A DNA stretch of 64,000 nucleotides from Epithemia pelagica (lineage: Eukaryota > Protista > Bacillariophyta): contig OX337239.1 in NCBI GenBank assembly GCA_946965045.2, positions 1,798,001 to 1,862,000 of the forward strand. Direction: 5' to 3'. The first letter of the stretch is position 1; every line of letters begins with the position of its first letter. The notes under the pieces are model-generated. The model saw only the letters and a program-made list of their open reading frames with translations. It did no database searches and was not told the DNA's origin. Shown here piece by piece: positions 33,851-46,078 of this stretch. Position numbers and translations under genes: made by a program.

Positions 33851-35701
33851 ATGTATGACAAAGAAGTGAAGGAATTGGACAACGAGCCCAAAATCGATTC
33901 ATCTCTCGGTGGCAGTTCTGTTGCTGATGGGGAAAAGGACGAGAAACAACAAGCCAGTCACACATATTCCTCCCAGGCGAACGATTCCACGCTCAAGAAA
34001 CCAAAGACGGGAATGGTTGTGCGTCGCCGACGTCGTCGAAATGACAAAAACGTCTCACAACAGATACCCGAACTGGATCCATTTTTGTTGAACAAAGTCG
34101 TTCATGAGTCTGGCTTGCCCGTTGCCTACTCCTTTGAAATCCCCAAAACCGTACGACGCATTGTCGAACTAAGAGCTCGGCATGTAGCCTTGCAAATGCC
34201 AGAAGGTTTGCTCATGTATGCCACTGTTTTGGCCGATGTTTTGCAAAGATTATCCCAAAGTTTGGAGGCTGTGGCCTACTCCATAAAAGGCGAAAGCCAA
34301 ACCTCGTCTGTTGCGAAAACCGAGAAACCTGCGGAAAGCGCAGCGGGGATATTGGCTGGTAGAAAGGAAGTAAAACAAGGGTCTAAACAAGATACGGAAC
34401 CATTTGAACGGAAGAGCAACGTCAACGAAAGCGGCGGCAGCAACGAATCCAGTACGGCCAGAAATCATTCGAACGAGGTTACAGCAGATTGTGGTCGTTG
34501 TGCCGAGCAAGTGTCTGTGTTGGGAGATGTGACCTACGGAGCGTGTTGCGTTGGGGATTTGGATGCTCAAGCCCTTGGAGCGGATTTGTTGGTTCACTAT
34601 GGACACTCCTGTTTGGTTCCCATGCAGCATACGGTCATTCCCTGTCTGTACGTGTTTGTCGAGATTCAAATCGATATCCCTCACCTGGTGGAATCGCTTC
34701 ATGCAACGTTGGAGCAAAACCAAGCGCAGCAGCTTTTGCAATCAACTTCCACCGAAGGTGCACATGCTGCACCTGAGGACAATGTCCGCGAAACAAAGTG
34801 GATTATTTACTTACTAGGTACCATTCAGTTCCGCCACTGCTTTACGGAAGTTCAGGGATTATTGCGTGCCAAGGGGTACGATCATGTATTGATTCCGCAA
34901 GTGAAACCACTTTCCCCGGGAGAAGTTTTGGGATGCACATCTCCTAAACTCGCTCTTCCACCCGAAGTACGTAATCAAAGCAGCGATACGGAGACCTGTT
35001 CGGTAAACTTCAAATCTGTTTGCTGCTTTGTTGCCGATGGTCGCTTTCACTTGGAATCCACCATGATTAGCAACCCTCATGTACACGTTTATTACCGGTA
35101 TGATCCGTACTCCAAGGTATTGACAACGGAATCCTACGCTCATGAGGAAATGAAATCCTTGCGATGGCAAGCCATCCAACGAGCCAAAGAGGCTTTGGTC
35201 CGAGGAAACCCTTCGTCTCCTACCACATTTGGCATTTTGTTGGGAACCTTGGGTCGACAAGGGAATCCAGCCATTGTCCAGCGCATTCGTCAAACCTTGT
35301 CCATGCAGCGACGTGATGGCTCCACGCCGGAATGCAGTATAAAGAGTGAAACCCACGCATCCAGGCCTGTGTGTCGGTCCTTTGTCTTGCTGCTATCAGA
35401 AATCACTCCAGCCAAACTGGCCTTGTTAGATACCAAGGTGCATGTGTGGGTCCAGGTCGCCTGCCCTCGCTTGTCGGTGGATTGGGGACATTACTTGGCC
35501 CAGAATCAAAAGCCTGTCTTGACGCCGTACGAATTGATGGTGGCCTTGGAAGAAACGTCTTGGCAAGAAGTTTATCCTATGGATTATTATGCGCAAACAG
35601 GTGGACCTTGGTCCAATTACCATGGCGAAAATCACAAGAGACAGCTCGATGCGCTCGGAGAGACTAAGACATGGGCAGCAGGAGAAAAAACAAACACGTA
35701 G
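33851..35701 (+). CDS. DPH1: Diphthamide biosynthesis protein 1 (2-(3-amino-3-carboxypropyl)histidine synthase subunit)
   Basis: YSFEIPKT, VALQMPEGLL, LGDVTYGACCVGD, LVHYGHSCLVP, PLSPGEVLGCTSP, FVADGRFHLES, LGTLGRQG, WVQVACPRLSVDWG, YPMDYY. Confidence 0.97.
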   Translation: MYDKEVKELDNEPKIDSSLGGSSVADGEKDEKQQASHTYSSQANDSTLKKPKTGMVVRRRRRRNDKNVSQQIPELDPFLLNKVVHESGLPVAYSFEIPKTVRRIVELRARHVALQMPEGLLMYATVLADVLQRLSQSLEAVAYSIKGESQTSSVAKTEKPAESAAGILAGRKEVKQGSKQDTEPFERKSNVNESGGSNESSTARNHSNEVTADCGRCAEQVSVLGDVTYGACCVGDLDAQALGADLLVHYGHSCLVPMQHTVIPCLYVFVEIQIDIPHLVESLHATLEQNQAQQLLQSTSTEGAHAAPEDNVRETKWIIYLLGTIQFRHCFTEVQGLLRAKGYDHVLIPQVKPLSPGEVLGCTSPKLALPPEVRNQSSDTETCSVNFKSVCCFVADGRFHLESTMISNPHVHVYYRYDPYSKVLTTESYAHEEMKSLRWQAIQRAKEALVRGNPSSPTTFGILLGTLGRQGNPAIVQRIRQTLSMQRRDGSTPECSIKSETHASRPVCRSFVLLLSEITPAKLALLDTKVHVWVQVACPRLSVDWGHYLAQNQKPVLTPYELMVALEETSWQEVYPMDYYAQTGGPWSNYHGENHKRQLDALGETKTWAAGEKTNT

Positions 35702-37781
35702 AATGGTGAGTTTGTATCTGGCCATTTCTGAAACACGCATCTTGTTTGATCGTGACTCTTGCTTGTCGGATTGTGCTTAAAGAGCATGAATGTTCGGACA
35801 TGAAGCGAGACGATTAATCTCTGTTTCTTTTTATATACGTGTGTCCTGGTCGCGCAAAATCTCATTTGGTATCGTTTGGTCATATCCACCATCGTTACCC
35901 TCCATACTTGCGCAAGAAAAAAGTCCAGGCAATTCACTTTCTCTCGCACCAACCGATGTTCACGGTGTCAGAACATTCACGCCGGAAACACTTTTGTTAC
36001 AATATTCGTTCCTCACCACGTTGGATTCTGTTTGCTGTTTATGTCTGTTCTTCAAGCTTGAACACACTTCTTGGCCCACACACGTTCCACGAAGTTACGA
36101 AGTGGAAACGTTTCTGTGCGTCCATCCGGTGAATGATGAAATTCGGCCGGTATGCTATGTCTGGAAACGCAAGTTTGAACTTGAATGGATCAGCAGTTCG
36201 AGGTGGAGGATCACCAGTACATGTTCATTATAGGTGGAGGTTCCTTTTCTTGGCTCTTATCGATATTTCCTCGAGGCAAAGACTCCTAGCGATAGCTCCA
36301 CCCCATATTGTAAGAGAACTGTATATTCCGTTTCCTCCAAACAATTGTGTCTGATGCTTATCGCCTGCGAGGTAGCTGTTACAATGATGACTGATGCACC
36401 TACATTGTCGTACAACAAGAATGGGAACGACGACGACTACGATACCTTTGGGGATTTCGCCAGTGCGGTCCCCAGCTTGGAACCCTCGCAAGCTCCAGAA
36501 GGAGGCAACTACCTTAGTGTCACTGTTCGTTCGTTGTCATCGTTGTCGTCGTGTGGTAGACTGTCATTCTCTTTTGAAGAAACTACTGATGGCCAGGCCA
36601 CAAACGAGCTCTGCGTACGCTAATAGAAACATGAAGAAACGTTGCAACATTGGTTACGAATGACAATTTAATGTGAAACTAGCTTTGTTTACACGCTTGA
36701 TTGTTTTACTTGGTAGGAAAGTGGTGTGTTCTGTCTTGATATTTCGGTTCAACTTGGCAATGTGACGTTCCGATGCTTCATCATGGTTTCCGGAGCGACA
36801 ATTTCCGAATGCGCAAGTTTGGAGTTTGGGTTGAGTTTCGGTTACATGGGCTCGGTGCGGAGACACGAGAGCTATCAAAACCTTTGGATATCCTTTTTGG
36901 TTTTTCGCACTGCACGTGATAAATTCGCAAAGGGAAGACAAGAGCATTTTTAAGCAAGAGGCTTGTTTGGACAGTGGTGGTCCTTTGATATTAGTGCCAC
37001 ATTATTTTGAAATATAGCAAGCCCAGAGTTTGCGCACAAGGAGGCATGGAGTCTCGCCTCGAGAACACACAAGACTCTTCCTGTTCCACAACCCTTTCCG
37101 TGCGTGGTGTTCTTCACAAGCAACAGATAAGAGCATGATTGGGATGAATGACTCCTTTCAAGACAAGAAAAGAAGAAACCAAAACACTCTCGACACACAC
37201 ACAAAACAACAAGTTCTTCTCCATACTGGCTTTGGAAGATCGTCTCGGTTTGTATCTTTCATCCGGGCTCTCTCGTCTTCGTTTTTGGTGGTGGCCCCAA
37301 CTGTGACTCAACACGATTCAACAAAAGCAGTCGTCGACTTCGACTCCCGACTCCCCAAATCCACGCTTGGGGAAAAGGATCTGACGTGGATAATTTCTAG
37401 CGTGATGTGTGCACTGTTGGTCAGTGAAGTGTCTCGCCCAATTTAGTGTGGATCGTCCTAATCCCGTGGCCTTTATCCGCTACCGAGAAGTTGTACTATC
37501 GATCCTATATTGGTACTGAAATATCAATAGTTTACGATCAGCACTCGTATTTCACCATCAGATTTGTTTCCCGGTGTATTGACCCCTCCATTGCACCTCC
37601 GCTGTTGCCCTCACATATTATCCCTCCCCCATTATTTGTGGGGTCGCCCTCGCGTATCCCGTGGTCATCATTCTCATCATGCAGTCCGTCATCATCCATG
37701 CAATTTGTCAAATATCATATATCAAAAGCATATTGGCTCTTTCACATTGCTCTGCATTCAAGAATTAAAATCACGACAATC

Positions 37782-39202
37782 ATGCAAAGACAATCGAACG
37801 GTGCATCGTCGTCTTCCTGGTCGGATCGGCTTCGTGGTTTTGATGCCCACTCATCCGTTGAATCGGAATATCGAGTTTACACGCTGCAAGGCGCTTTGCT
37901 TTCGGTGATAACGGTCCTCTTGATATTGTATTTGGTAGTAACGGAATTCTGGTTCAATTTTCAAGTGGTAACAACGGAGCGAGTGCATGTCAATGCCACC
38001 TCTCCGTCTGGATTAGAAATGGAGTTTGACATTAGCTTCTACGATATCCCTTGCACCCATTTGTCGATTGATGCCAATGATCCAACCGGCCAAGTCCAAT
38101 CCTTGCATCTGGATCGGACGCATCATGTCTGGAAACACCGAGTTGTCTTCCCGAAAGCCAACAACGGGGAACGCGTTTTGTTGGGAAGCAAAATGAAATT
38201 GGAGTTTGGTTCCACTCTCAAATCTCTGGATGACTTGAAAGAACGACCTCCCCCCGAACCACTCGAGGGCGAAGGAGAAGACAAGGACTCACAGGAAGAT
38301 CCATCGTGTGGCAGCTGCTTTGGCGCAGCCACAGAGGAGAACGAATGTTGCAATACGTGCGATGATATAGAGCGAGCGTACAAACGCAAAGGTTGGGTAT
38401 TGCGAGATTTCTCGTCCATTCCAGTCTGTGCCCACAAGGCTCAACGAAAATTAGAACGCGACGAAGGATGCAATGTTCATGGTGTTGTCGCTCTGAGTAC
38501 GGGTGGAGGGAATCTACATTTGACTCCAAGTAAAGCCTCGTTGGAACAGCAATTGGACAACGCCTACAAGGGAGCGGCCAAAAGCGGTGGAGCGACCAAC
38601 ATGATTGTCGATATTTTACTCGGACAAATGGTCCAACAGTGGAATGTCTCTCATGCACTACACAAGCTGAGATTTGGACCCGAGTATCCAGCAGCCGTGT
38701 ACCAATTGGACAATCACTCGCGATCCATTTCGGATACGTATGGCATGTATCAATACTACTTTCAAGTTGTACCCACCACATACAAGTTTTTGAATGGAAC
38801 CGTCATTCAAACAAATCAGTACAGTGTGACGGAACATTTGAGACATGTGGAATTTGGATCATCGCGAGGGTACGTATGATTTTAGCATATGTCGAGGGTG
38901 GATCAGCACAAAGATGTTTGCTTCTTTCTGCGCGATGGTGACTTGGATGCTGTGACTTGTATCATTTTCACGTTATTGCGTGTCTCACTTGTAATGTTCA
39001 TGAATGCTGCAGTCTACCAGGTGTCTTTTTCTTTTACGAAGTCTCTCCCTTGCATGTGGAAATTGTGGAATCGTATCGCAAGGGATATGTCGCCTTTTTT
39101 ACCAGTGTCTGTGCCGTTGTTGGTGGGGTGGTGACGGTCATGGGTCTTATGGATCAATGGTTGTTCCGGTCTCAACGAGGACCGGGTGGATTGACTCAAT
39201 AA
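37782..39202 (+). CDS. ERGIC3: ER-Golgi intermediate compartment protein (ERV46/ERGIC3 family), 2 exons
   Basis: LRGFDAH, CGSCFGA..CCNTCDDIERAY..GW, EGCNVHG, GMYQYYFQVVPT, LPGVFFFYEVSP, FFTSVCAVVGG. Intron at 38870-39012 (GTACGT...GCAG). Confidence 0.92.
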
Positions 39203-40137
39203 TACAAAGGCAATGATGGCTTGCTGCCCCAGATGATAGCTTCCAAGTGAACCAGATGGCCTGGGGTCGTTGACTAGTGAGGTATCCATTCGAAAACAAA
39301 GACATACAACAAGCTGCATCAAATGCGACACATCAACACCTCCTGTCAGGACAAGAGATCAGCATTTCTAGCGCCAGAGATTGGATCTGTTACATAGTTG
39401 CCATGAGCCGGGGGGTTACTTCCTGGTATCTGATAGGGCAGTTCCTTGGATGACAAAGAATGGACGTGTTCCCTAACAACGGTTCAAAGAAATAGTAAAG
39501 GGCGCTGTTAATATGAGTAAGAGATCGTTTTCCTAGCTACTAAATGGACGACCATTAACCAATCGACACACGTGTTGTCGCTTTGTGGGTATCGAGACGA
39601 ACAGAGATGGAAATGAACTGCTTTGACAAAGTCACGTGGTGGTAGAAGTCTGTGGGACCTTTACAGATTTGGTAGATTCGATTGCGTCGTCGGTCGGACA
39701 GTTCTCATTGTTCTTGCCATAAATTACCGGAACCTTCAACTGAAGGACACATGGCAGTTTTGGCAACGTCGGCCGTCACAACTGGGTTCGCATCATTCAA
39801 TAGCAATCCCCCCCCCCCCGGTTCGGTTCATGACTCTTCAGATTTCTTGCTCACCAGCCGTCAAATAATCGTGCTTTCTGGAATCTCTGTTGTCATTTTG
39901 ATCAGATCCCGATCTACATGAATCGATGCCAATCGCGAGTGTGTCAGCAGATTGTCGTTGAAGTGACCGCATGTTCAGAATGAAAACGTATTCTGCTTTC
40001 ACATAACTGGCCATAGGAAAACACAATCAATACTCCAAAAACGACATGCTATTGACTGTTCATGGGACGACCGTGGAGACACTTAGGCACTAGACCTAAT
40101 GTTCGAACTACTACGACCGTGCTCGTCGTCAGTCTCG

Positions 40138-41253
40138 TCATTCGTCATGGCCAAAGATTGTTTGTGCTTGATTCAGCGATACGTCTCTTGCTTCCTTCAC
40201 AATCGCTTGGACCAAATCATGTACATTGGGAATGTCGTGAATCAGCCCTTGTGATTGTCCAATAAATTGCACACCTCCTACATTGCTGTTGTTGTTATCC
40301 TGACCAAGGTTGCCATGTACCGTAGCTTGCGTCAAGGCATGTGTGGCAGCTCCAAATTGCGCCATGACAAACAGTTGGTTCCATTGTACGTGACCCGTTG
40401 CAACACCAGCGGCAAGTTTCCATACTGGAATCCCAAGAGTAGAGGCTGCTTGCAGGGCTCGATAGAAAATGGTAGGCCACCATGGTCGGTGTTTCATAAG
40501 TCTTGAAGAGGTGGGTGTTTTCAAGACACGAGCCGGAATACCATCAAAATTGCTTCCATAGATTGTGGCCGATTCATTGGACTCGGGTTGCACAATCACT
40601 TGTTTCGTGGCCTGCGATAACGGACTTTGTTGTGTGACGGCAAACCGTGAACCCATGGCCACTCCATCTGCTCCCAAATTCAAGGCAGCGGCTAAACCTC
40701 GTCCTGTGGCAAAGCCTCCAGCAGCAATCAAGGGCACTTGAGGGAATTGTTGCGCCAGTGCCGGAACCAAGCACAGACTGGTCACATCCCCACCATGAGC
40801 AGCAGCTTCGTGACCCGTAACCATTAACGCATGTGCATGCGATTCATGAACCGCCTTGTGAGCGTGATGACGATTGGTCACGGTACATATAAGCTTTCCA
40901 TCGTATTCTTGCAATCCCTTGGCAATCCAATCCGCCTTACCCAAGGAGGTGTTGATGCAAGGAACTTGCTCTTCTAGAGCCACTTGAGCATTCTCGGCGG
41001 CACCTGGCATGAGCAACGTGACTCCAACACCAAAGGGTTGATCGGTCCATTGTCGAATCTTGCGAATTTCGGCTCTTGTTTCATCTGCTGTCAAAGGGCC
41101 CGAGGCCAGAATACCGAGACCACCCGCATTGCATACGGCCGCAACCAGTTCTGCCTTGGAAATCCAAGACATGCCAGGAAGAATAAGCGGATAGCGACAT
41201 CCAAGCAGTTGCGTGATCCGAGTTTTCATGGCCGGAGCACTGGGAAACAACAT
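40138..41253 (-). CDS. Nitronate monooxygenase / FabK-like FMN-dependent TIM-barrel oxidoreductase
   Basis: YPLILPGMSWISKAELVAAVCNAGGLG, GHEAAAHGG, PLIAAGGFATGRG..ALNLGADGVAMGSRF, GQSQGLI. Confidence 0.92.
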   Translation of the reverse strand: MLFPSAPAMKTRITQLLGCRYPLILPGMSWISKAELVAAVCNAGGLGILASGPLTADETRAEIRKIRQWTDQPFGVGVTLLMPGAAENAQVALEEQVPCINTSLGKADWIAKGLQEYDGKLICTVTNRHHAHKAVHESHAHALMVTGHEAAAHGGDVTSLCLVPALAQQFPQVPLIAAGGFATGRGLAAALNLGADGVAMGSRFAVTQQSPLSQATKQVIVQPESNESATIYGSNFDGIPARVLKTPTSSRLMKHRPWWPTIFYRALQAASTLGIPVWKLAAGVATGHVQWNQLFVMAQFGAATHALTQATVHGNLGQDNNNSNVGGVQFIGQSQGLIHDIPNVHDLVQAIVKEARDVSLNQAQTIFGHDE

Positions 41254-42086
41254 GTCAATGATGTCAAAGGTGAAAACAAACAGCAGCTCTTTGAAAGGAT
41301 ATAGATTTTGCTTCTCTCGACCAAGTGGAACTTTGCGGAACCAACACAAGACGAGTATGCTCTCTATGACAGAAATTCCTGTCTTTTCAGGCTCTCAACA
41401 ACGTTCAAATGATCGGAGAAGGAGTAAAACGAGAAGGTAAATGAAAGGATGACAACTTTTGCCACCGGCAGACTTGGTGTCTTTTGACCGGTCGCACAAT
41501 AATTTCGTGCCTGTTTTCGTAGGCACGGAACTTCCCCCATGACCCAGGACAGACGTTAGAAAGAGGACCGGCCCGACGCTCGTCGGTTGAGCCTGGTCAC
41601 TTTTTGTTGTTCGCCTCTTGATGAGACTTGGTCACAGCAATGTGACCGTTGGGGCGATTCAAACTACGCGGGACCAGGACTGAGGACTATCCCTCACCAC
41701 TTTTTCATTCTTGGGGCAATTTTAAAATATCCTGAATCTGGCAGGGAAAAGGCATTGGAGAAAGAATCCAACACAATCAGAACTCAATGGACCGCACACT
41801 CTTTTGGCGATGCATGGCTGGCGCGTCAAAATTTCCGAGTTGCGGCAGGACTAATCTAAAAAAGTAGCATACGATCATGTCTTGTATCGAGCAGTTCTTT
41901 CCTCGTTTTTGGCGCCAACGAAGATATTCCATTCTCTACTTTCACTGTATGTGTCCACACGAACAACAAAGTGTAGTTTTGTCATCCAAGTAATTTTCTT
42001 GCTTGGCTCATTCGCAACTTGTCACATTCTTCCTGACAAGGAAACTGGACTGCGACCTGCGACAGAGAAACCATTGGCACAAAACC

Positions 42087-42845
42087 ATGAAGACTCCTGA
42101 AAAGCAAGTTGTTTCTTCCTTTTTGTGGGACATCCCGCTCAGCGAGTCCAGAGGTGACGACGAGTCCTCAGTGTCCTCAACGGTCAGCGTGGAGAACCCA
42201 CCCAAGGCCGAACCCCTGTCTCCTTCCTCGTCGAGTTCATCGCTGTCGTCATCGAACACTAGCCATCGAGTTCGGTTTGATGAAAGTTCCAATGTATTGT
42301 ATGCAAACTCTCTCTATGTGCAGGAAGAATGTGCGGAGAGCTGGTATACTGCTGAAGATTACCATGATTTCAAGTCCGCCGTCTCCTTCATGGCCAAAAT
42401 GATTGATCGCGCCGAAGGTGGAGGATTGGACAATGAGCTGCGGGATCCTTTGTCCTACACTGGTATTTTGGAGTCGATTTACCTGTCGTGTTGCCAAGTC
42501 CAGAGCTGGGAACGGCACGATACGGCTTTGTCGATGGTGCAACAAGACCATTTGAAACACTTGTTCGCGTTGGAAATTGGTCTCGGTCGACTGGGTTTGG
42601 AGCGGCGATCCGTACGGACAGTGTCCAAGGATAAGAGTCGCCGTCGCGGTGATTTGCTGGAGATTGTGGAACAACGAGTTGCATGGTCGGAGGATGAATT
42701 GCGACGACGGTGTGAGACCATTTCTTTGGCCTCGCGTCTCTTTGCCCGGTTTCTGGCCCAAGCACAGTCCGCTGCATTGAACGACTTTGTAACTGCTACC
42801 ACATCAACGCTACCCATGCACTCTGCAGCATGCAATCACTTCTGA
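42087..42845 (+). CDS. Hypothetical protein of a diatom-type family (RVRF..WY..DY..FK..GLE..SR.FA)
   Basis: The motif pattern HRVRFDES / SWYTAEDYHDFK / LGLERRS / ISLASRLFARFLA is one I recall as common in diatom hypothetical proteins. ATG at 42087. Confidence 0.7.
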   Translation: MKTPEKQVVSSFLWDIPLSESRGDDESSVSSTVSVENPPKAEPLSPSSSSSSLSSSNTSHRVRFDESSNVLYANSLYVQEECAESWYTAEDYHDFKSAVSFMAKMIDRAEGGGLDNELRDPLSYTGILESIYLSCCQVQSWERHDTALSMVQQDHLKHLFALEIGLGRLGLERRSVRTVSKDKSRRRGDLLEIVEQRVAWSEDELRRRCETISLASRLFARFLAQAQSAALNDFVTATTSTLPMHSAACNHF

Positions 42846-43747
42846 ATATACTGTTTTGCAACTTACTCCTATCTTAATAGAGAGCGGTAATAGAGCTGGT
42901 CCCGCTAGTTTGCCCTATTGATCTTTAGAAACCATAGTACCTAGAAGGATGGAAGAAGGGGATACGTTGGCAAAATTCGTAGGGAGGTGGTCGGGGATCA
43001 TACACATGCGTCCATTGTGGATGAGGCTACTCAGAAAAGTTTGGGGATCAGGTTCAGTCTGCTTGCTATCCTATGAATGTAATAGCAAGTGAAGATTTTT
43101 GGATGGCAAAAAGTTATCCGTAAGCTCTAGATTTTCACTCTCGTCAGTTCACGCACCAGGTTATCTCTTCAGTAGAGCCTCATGCGGTAAAGCCGTACCA
43201 GTACAAGTATCTACTATCTATATTCCTTGTGCGGACATTGTCATGAAAGATCGAATCGAGTTGGAGCTAACCGAGAACCTCCAACATTACAGAATAGCAA
43301 GGAGAATCAGTTTAAAAATAAAAATTCGAATTCGAAATGAATTTTTGAAGTTCCCACAGTCCCAAAATAAAAAAGTCCCGTGGGCTGTGGGTGGCGTAAG
43401 AAGTAGGCGAGCTGGTTTGGGCTTGCGGGAATGGTCCGACCATTGACGTTTCTGATTTACTCCTGCTCCGACCTCCGACCCCCCAAACAAAGACGCTTTG
43501 TTTTGGAAAAAAGACCTACTAGGTAACCCGGATGCTACGACTCAATCTATAGTGTATCTTGCATCCGCGATCCGCGGGCCTAAAATAGCCTGGTGTTCAT
43601 GATGCTGTATAATTACTTTGAGTAGGCCTTTTATCTACCATTGAACATTTCACATTGCTTCTAGGAGTACTCCTCTAGCTAGAGGCACAAGCATCATACA
43701 TCCTATACTCCTACATCATCGTACTCCTCTAGTGTCTAGTCTACCAT

Positions 43748-43956
43748 TGTCCTCATATGAGGACATATCCTCATATGAGGACACATTTGGCACATCTCAG
43801 TTCATGGTATTCTTTGCAGCATAGAGAAAAATGGATGGCACCATCGTTTTCCTCAGGTTTAGTTTGGTCATAGTACCAGTTGTCAGGCTTTAATATCTTG
43901 GTAAAGGTTGCCAGGCTTTAATATCTTGGACATGATGTCCTCATAATATGAGGACA
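43748..43956. repeat. Cluster of 18-bp palindromes and a 23-bp direct repeat
   Basis: TGTCCTCATATGAGGACA (43748-43765), a 1-mismatch tandem copy (43766-43783), and a copy with a 3-bp insert (43936-43956). GTTG[T/C]CAGGCTTTAATATCTTGG occurs at 43879 and 43907. Confidence 0.9.
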
Positions 43957-44690
43957 GAGACCGGTAGACTAGACACTAGCTTGGAGTTCTACAAAATTGT
44001 AAACTCCTGGGCTATCGTATAATTCGTAGAACGCTGCTCGTACCTAGTACTACTCTAGAGCTACTCTCTAGAAGTGTAGTAGTTCATAAATTCTTGCTAG
44101 CTAGTACTACCAAGAAGTAACGTCCGAGAATTATTTCTCATCCCATAGAACGTGAAGGAGAACACCCCCGCTAGGGATGTTTTCCAACCAGGGGTCAGAG
44201 CTGCTAGCATCTAAAGCTAACGCCCCACCCCTCTCTAGCTCTAATCTCTAATCTGAGCTCTATTCTTACTCCTACTCCTCTTGATTATTTTCTTTACTCC
44301 GACCTCCGACACAATTCACAATAGCCTATCGCATTCGCAGCAACTTGGACCCGCTGGTTAGTGGTGGGCTGTGGCTCTGGACTACTCTGTCCCTGGACTC
44401 TGGACTGGGGGGAGCAAGCTTCGACCTTCGACGTCGTCCAATCGTCCAATGAACAAAGATGAACAATCAAGCCCCTGAAATACCTACAACTTATCGTGCT
44501 GTGAACCTTCGCAATAAACAGAACGTCTATTTACCATTATGGACAATCATTCTGTTCTCGACTACCTTACCGCTCGAGATACTACGTCTCAACGACTGTG
44601 CACGTGCAGTGTAACAGTAGCACTCTATTCTTGATAATTGATACGGCAGTCTTGAGTATCATTATTATTTAGATTTTTGGTACGGGTTTG

Positions 44691-46078
44691 ATCCCTCGGT
44701 ATCAGTGTCCACTGCTTAGCTGTTTTTTGTCTGTGCCACCTTCACAGGTTCCCAAGTGGACACAGACAGCATTTTTCGCTTCTGATGCAAATAGAAAATA
44801 TCAAATTGCAAATTGGCACGCATGCCCAGCTGAATTTTTCGACGTTTGAAACGGACGCAAGCCCAACAAGCGTCCCCTGGGTGGATGACGGTTGGTTGTT
44901 GCATAATTCGGGGCAAGCTCACATTCTCTTTTCTTTTGCCAAAGCACATCGTACTTACTACTTACGAATGTTACTGGCTTTCCAGGTGAGCTTGATCCAT
45001 TGCCAATTGCCATGTTGTCAATGACATCACTCATGCTCACTGCCACTTGCCACTTTTGTTTGCTCTGCTCGTGGGAGACGCTACTCATCTGTTTAGTCGC
45101 TGGGCAGCTCATTACTTGCCATTGTTCATTCTTGTCGAACAGAAATGACTGGTTTTTGCTGAGCGCCATAACTTTGATTGCATTAAAAAAAACTCTATAC
45201 TCTAGACATTCTTTTGTTTATTTACTAGTAGTAGAACGCCAGTGCTTGTCATCCATGAGACTTTTGAGCCTTGTGAATTCGTGAATTCTTTGCAGCTTTG
45301 TTCTTTGTTGTGAGCACGACAATGACCCTCAGTTTCGCTATGAAAACACAACAGAACAGCTCTCACAAGCTTGTACCACTCACTTTGAGCACTCTGTGTC
45401 GACTACCTAGGTAGGATATGATGATTGGTCAGTAGGGTGTGGCAAGATGGCTTCCCATCTATTTGATGCAAAAACAACAGCGTTGAGAAATGATTGAGAA
45501 TGACGCTATGATGAGAGACAAGAGAGAATAATCTATCCTATAGAGCATATGACAGTAGCCAAAAAACAATCAAACAACAAACGATTACGACAAGGAAAAG
45601 ATATTCCAGTTGACATCTGGCGGCTTGTCATCTACTCGTACGAAATGAGACAAAAGTAAAGGATCATGCAAGAACAATAGGAAAGACAGCTGAAGCAGTG
45701 ATGCGTGAGAAAAAGGGAAAAGAGACAACAAGATAAGTAATAAGCAGCAATAGAGAGAAACGGTTCAGTCCAGCATGATCCATCCATTGTTCTCACCTCA
45801 CCCCCGTCATGGTCAAGCATTTGGCTCGGTTTTGGGTTTTTGTGACAGGTGTCAAGATGATGATGGATGCCCAAATTTGAATCGTGGTGACCCGGCGAGG
45901 ACAACCATCAACCGTCAACTGTCACTTGCACGCTGGCCTTGCTTCAACCCTGAGGAATTTTAATGGTTAGACAGACAGACGAAAAACGAATCTTAAATGC
46001 TGTCTGTGTCCACTTGGGAACCTGTAAAGGTGGCACAGACAAAAAACAGCTAAGCAGTGGACACTGATACCGAGGGAT
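44691..46078. mobile_element. Non-autonomous DNA transposon / large MITE with 84-bp terminal inverted repeats
   Basis: 44691-44774 is the reverse complement of 45995-46078 with one mismatch. Termini are AT-CCCTCGG...CCGAGGG-AT, and there is no transposase-sized internal ORF. Confidence 0.85.

Noticed and set aside
35702-37781. Short ORFs in the DPH1-ERGIC3 interval (for example 36234-36623, 36654-36947)
   Set aside because: No recognisable motifs or consistent splice model, so they cannot be supported without transcript data.
4603-41495. Shared 11-mer TGACCGGTCGC in two divergent promoters (4603 and 41485)
   Set aside because: A single 11-mer match is expected by chance at this sequence scale.
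41505-41531. Small hairpin CGTGCCT...AGGCACG
   Set aside because: The 7-bp stem has no ncRNA or tRNA context and is likely chance or promoter structure.
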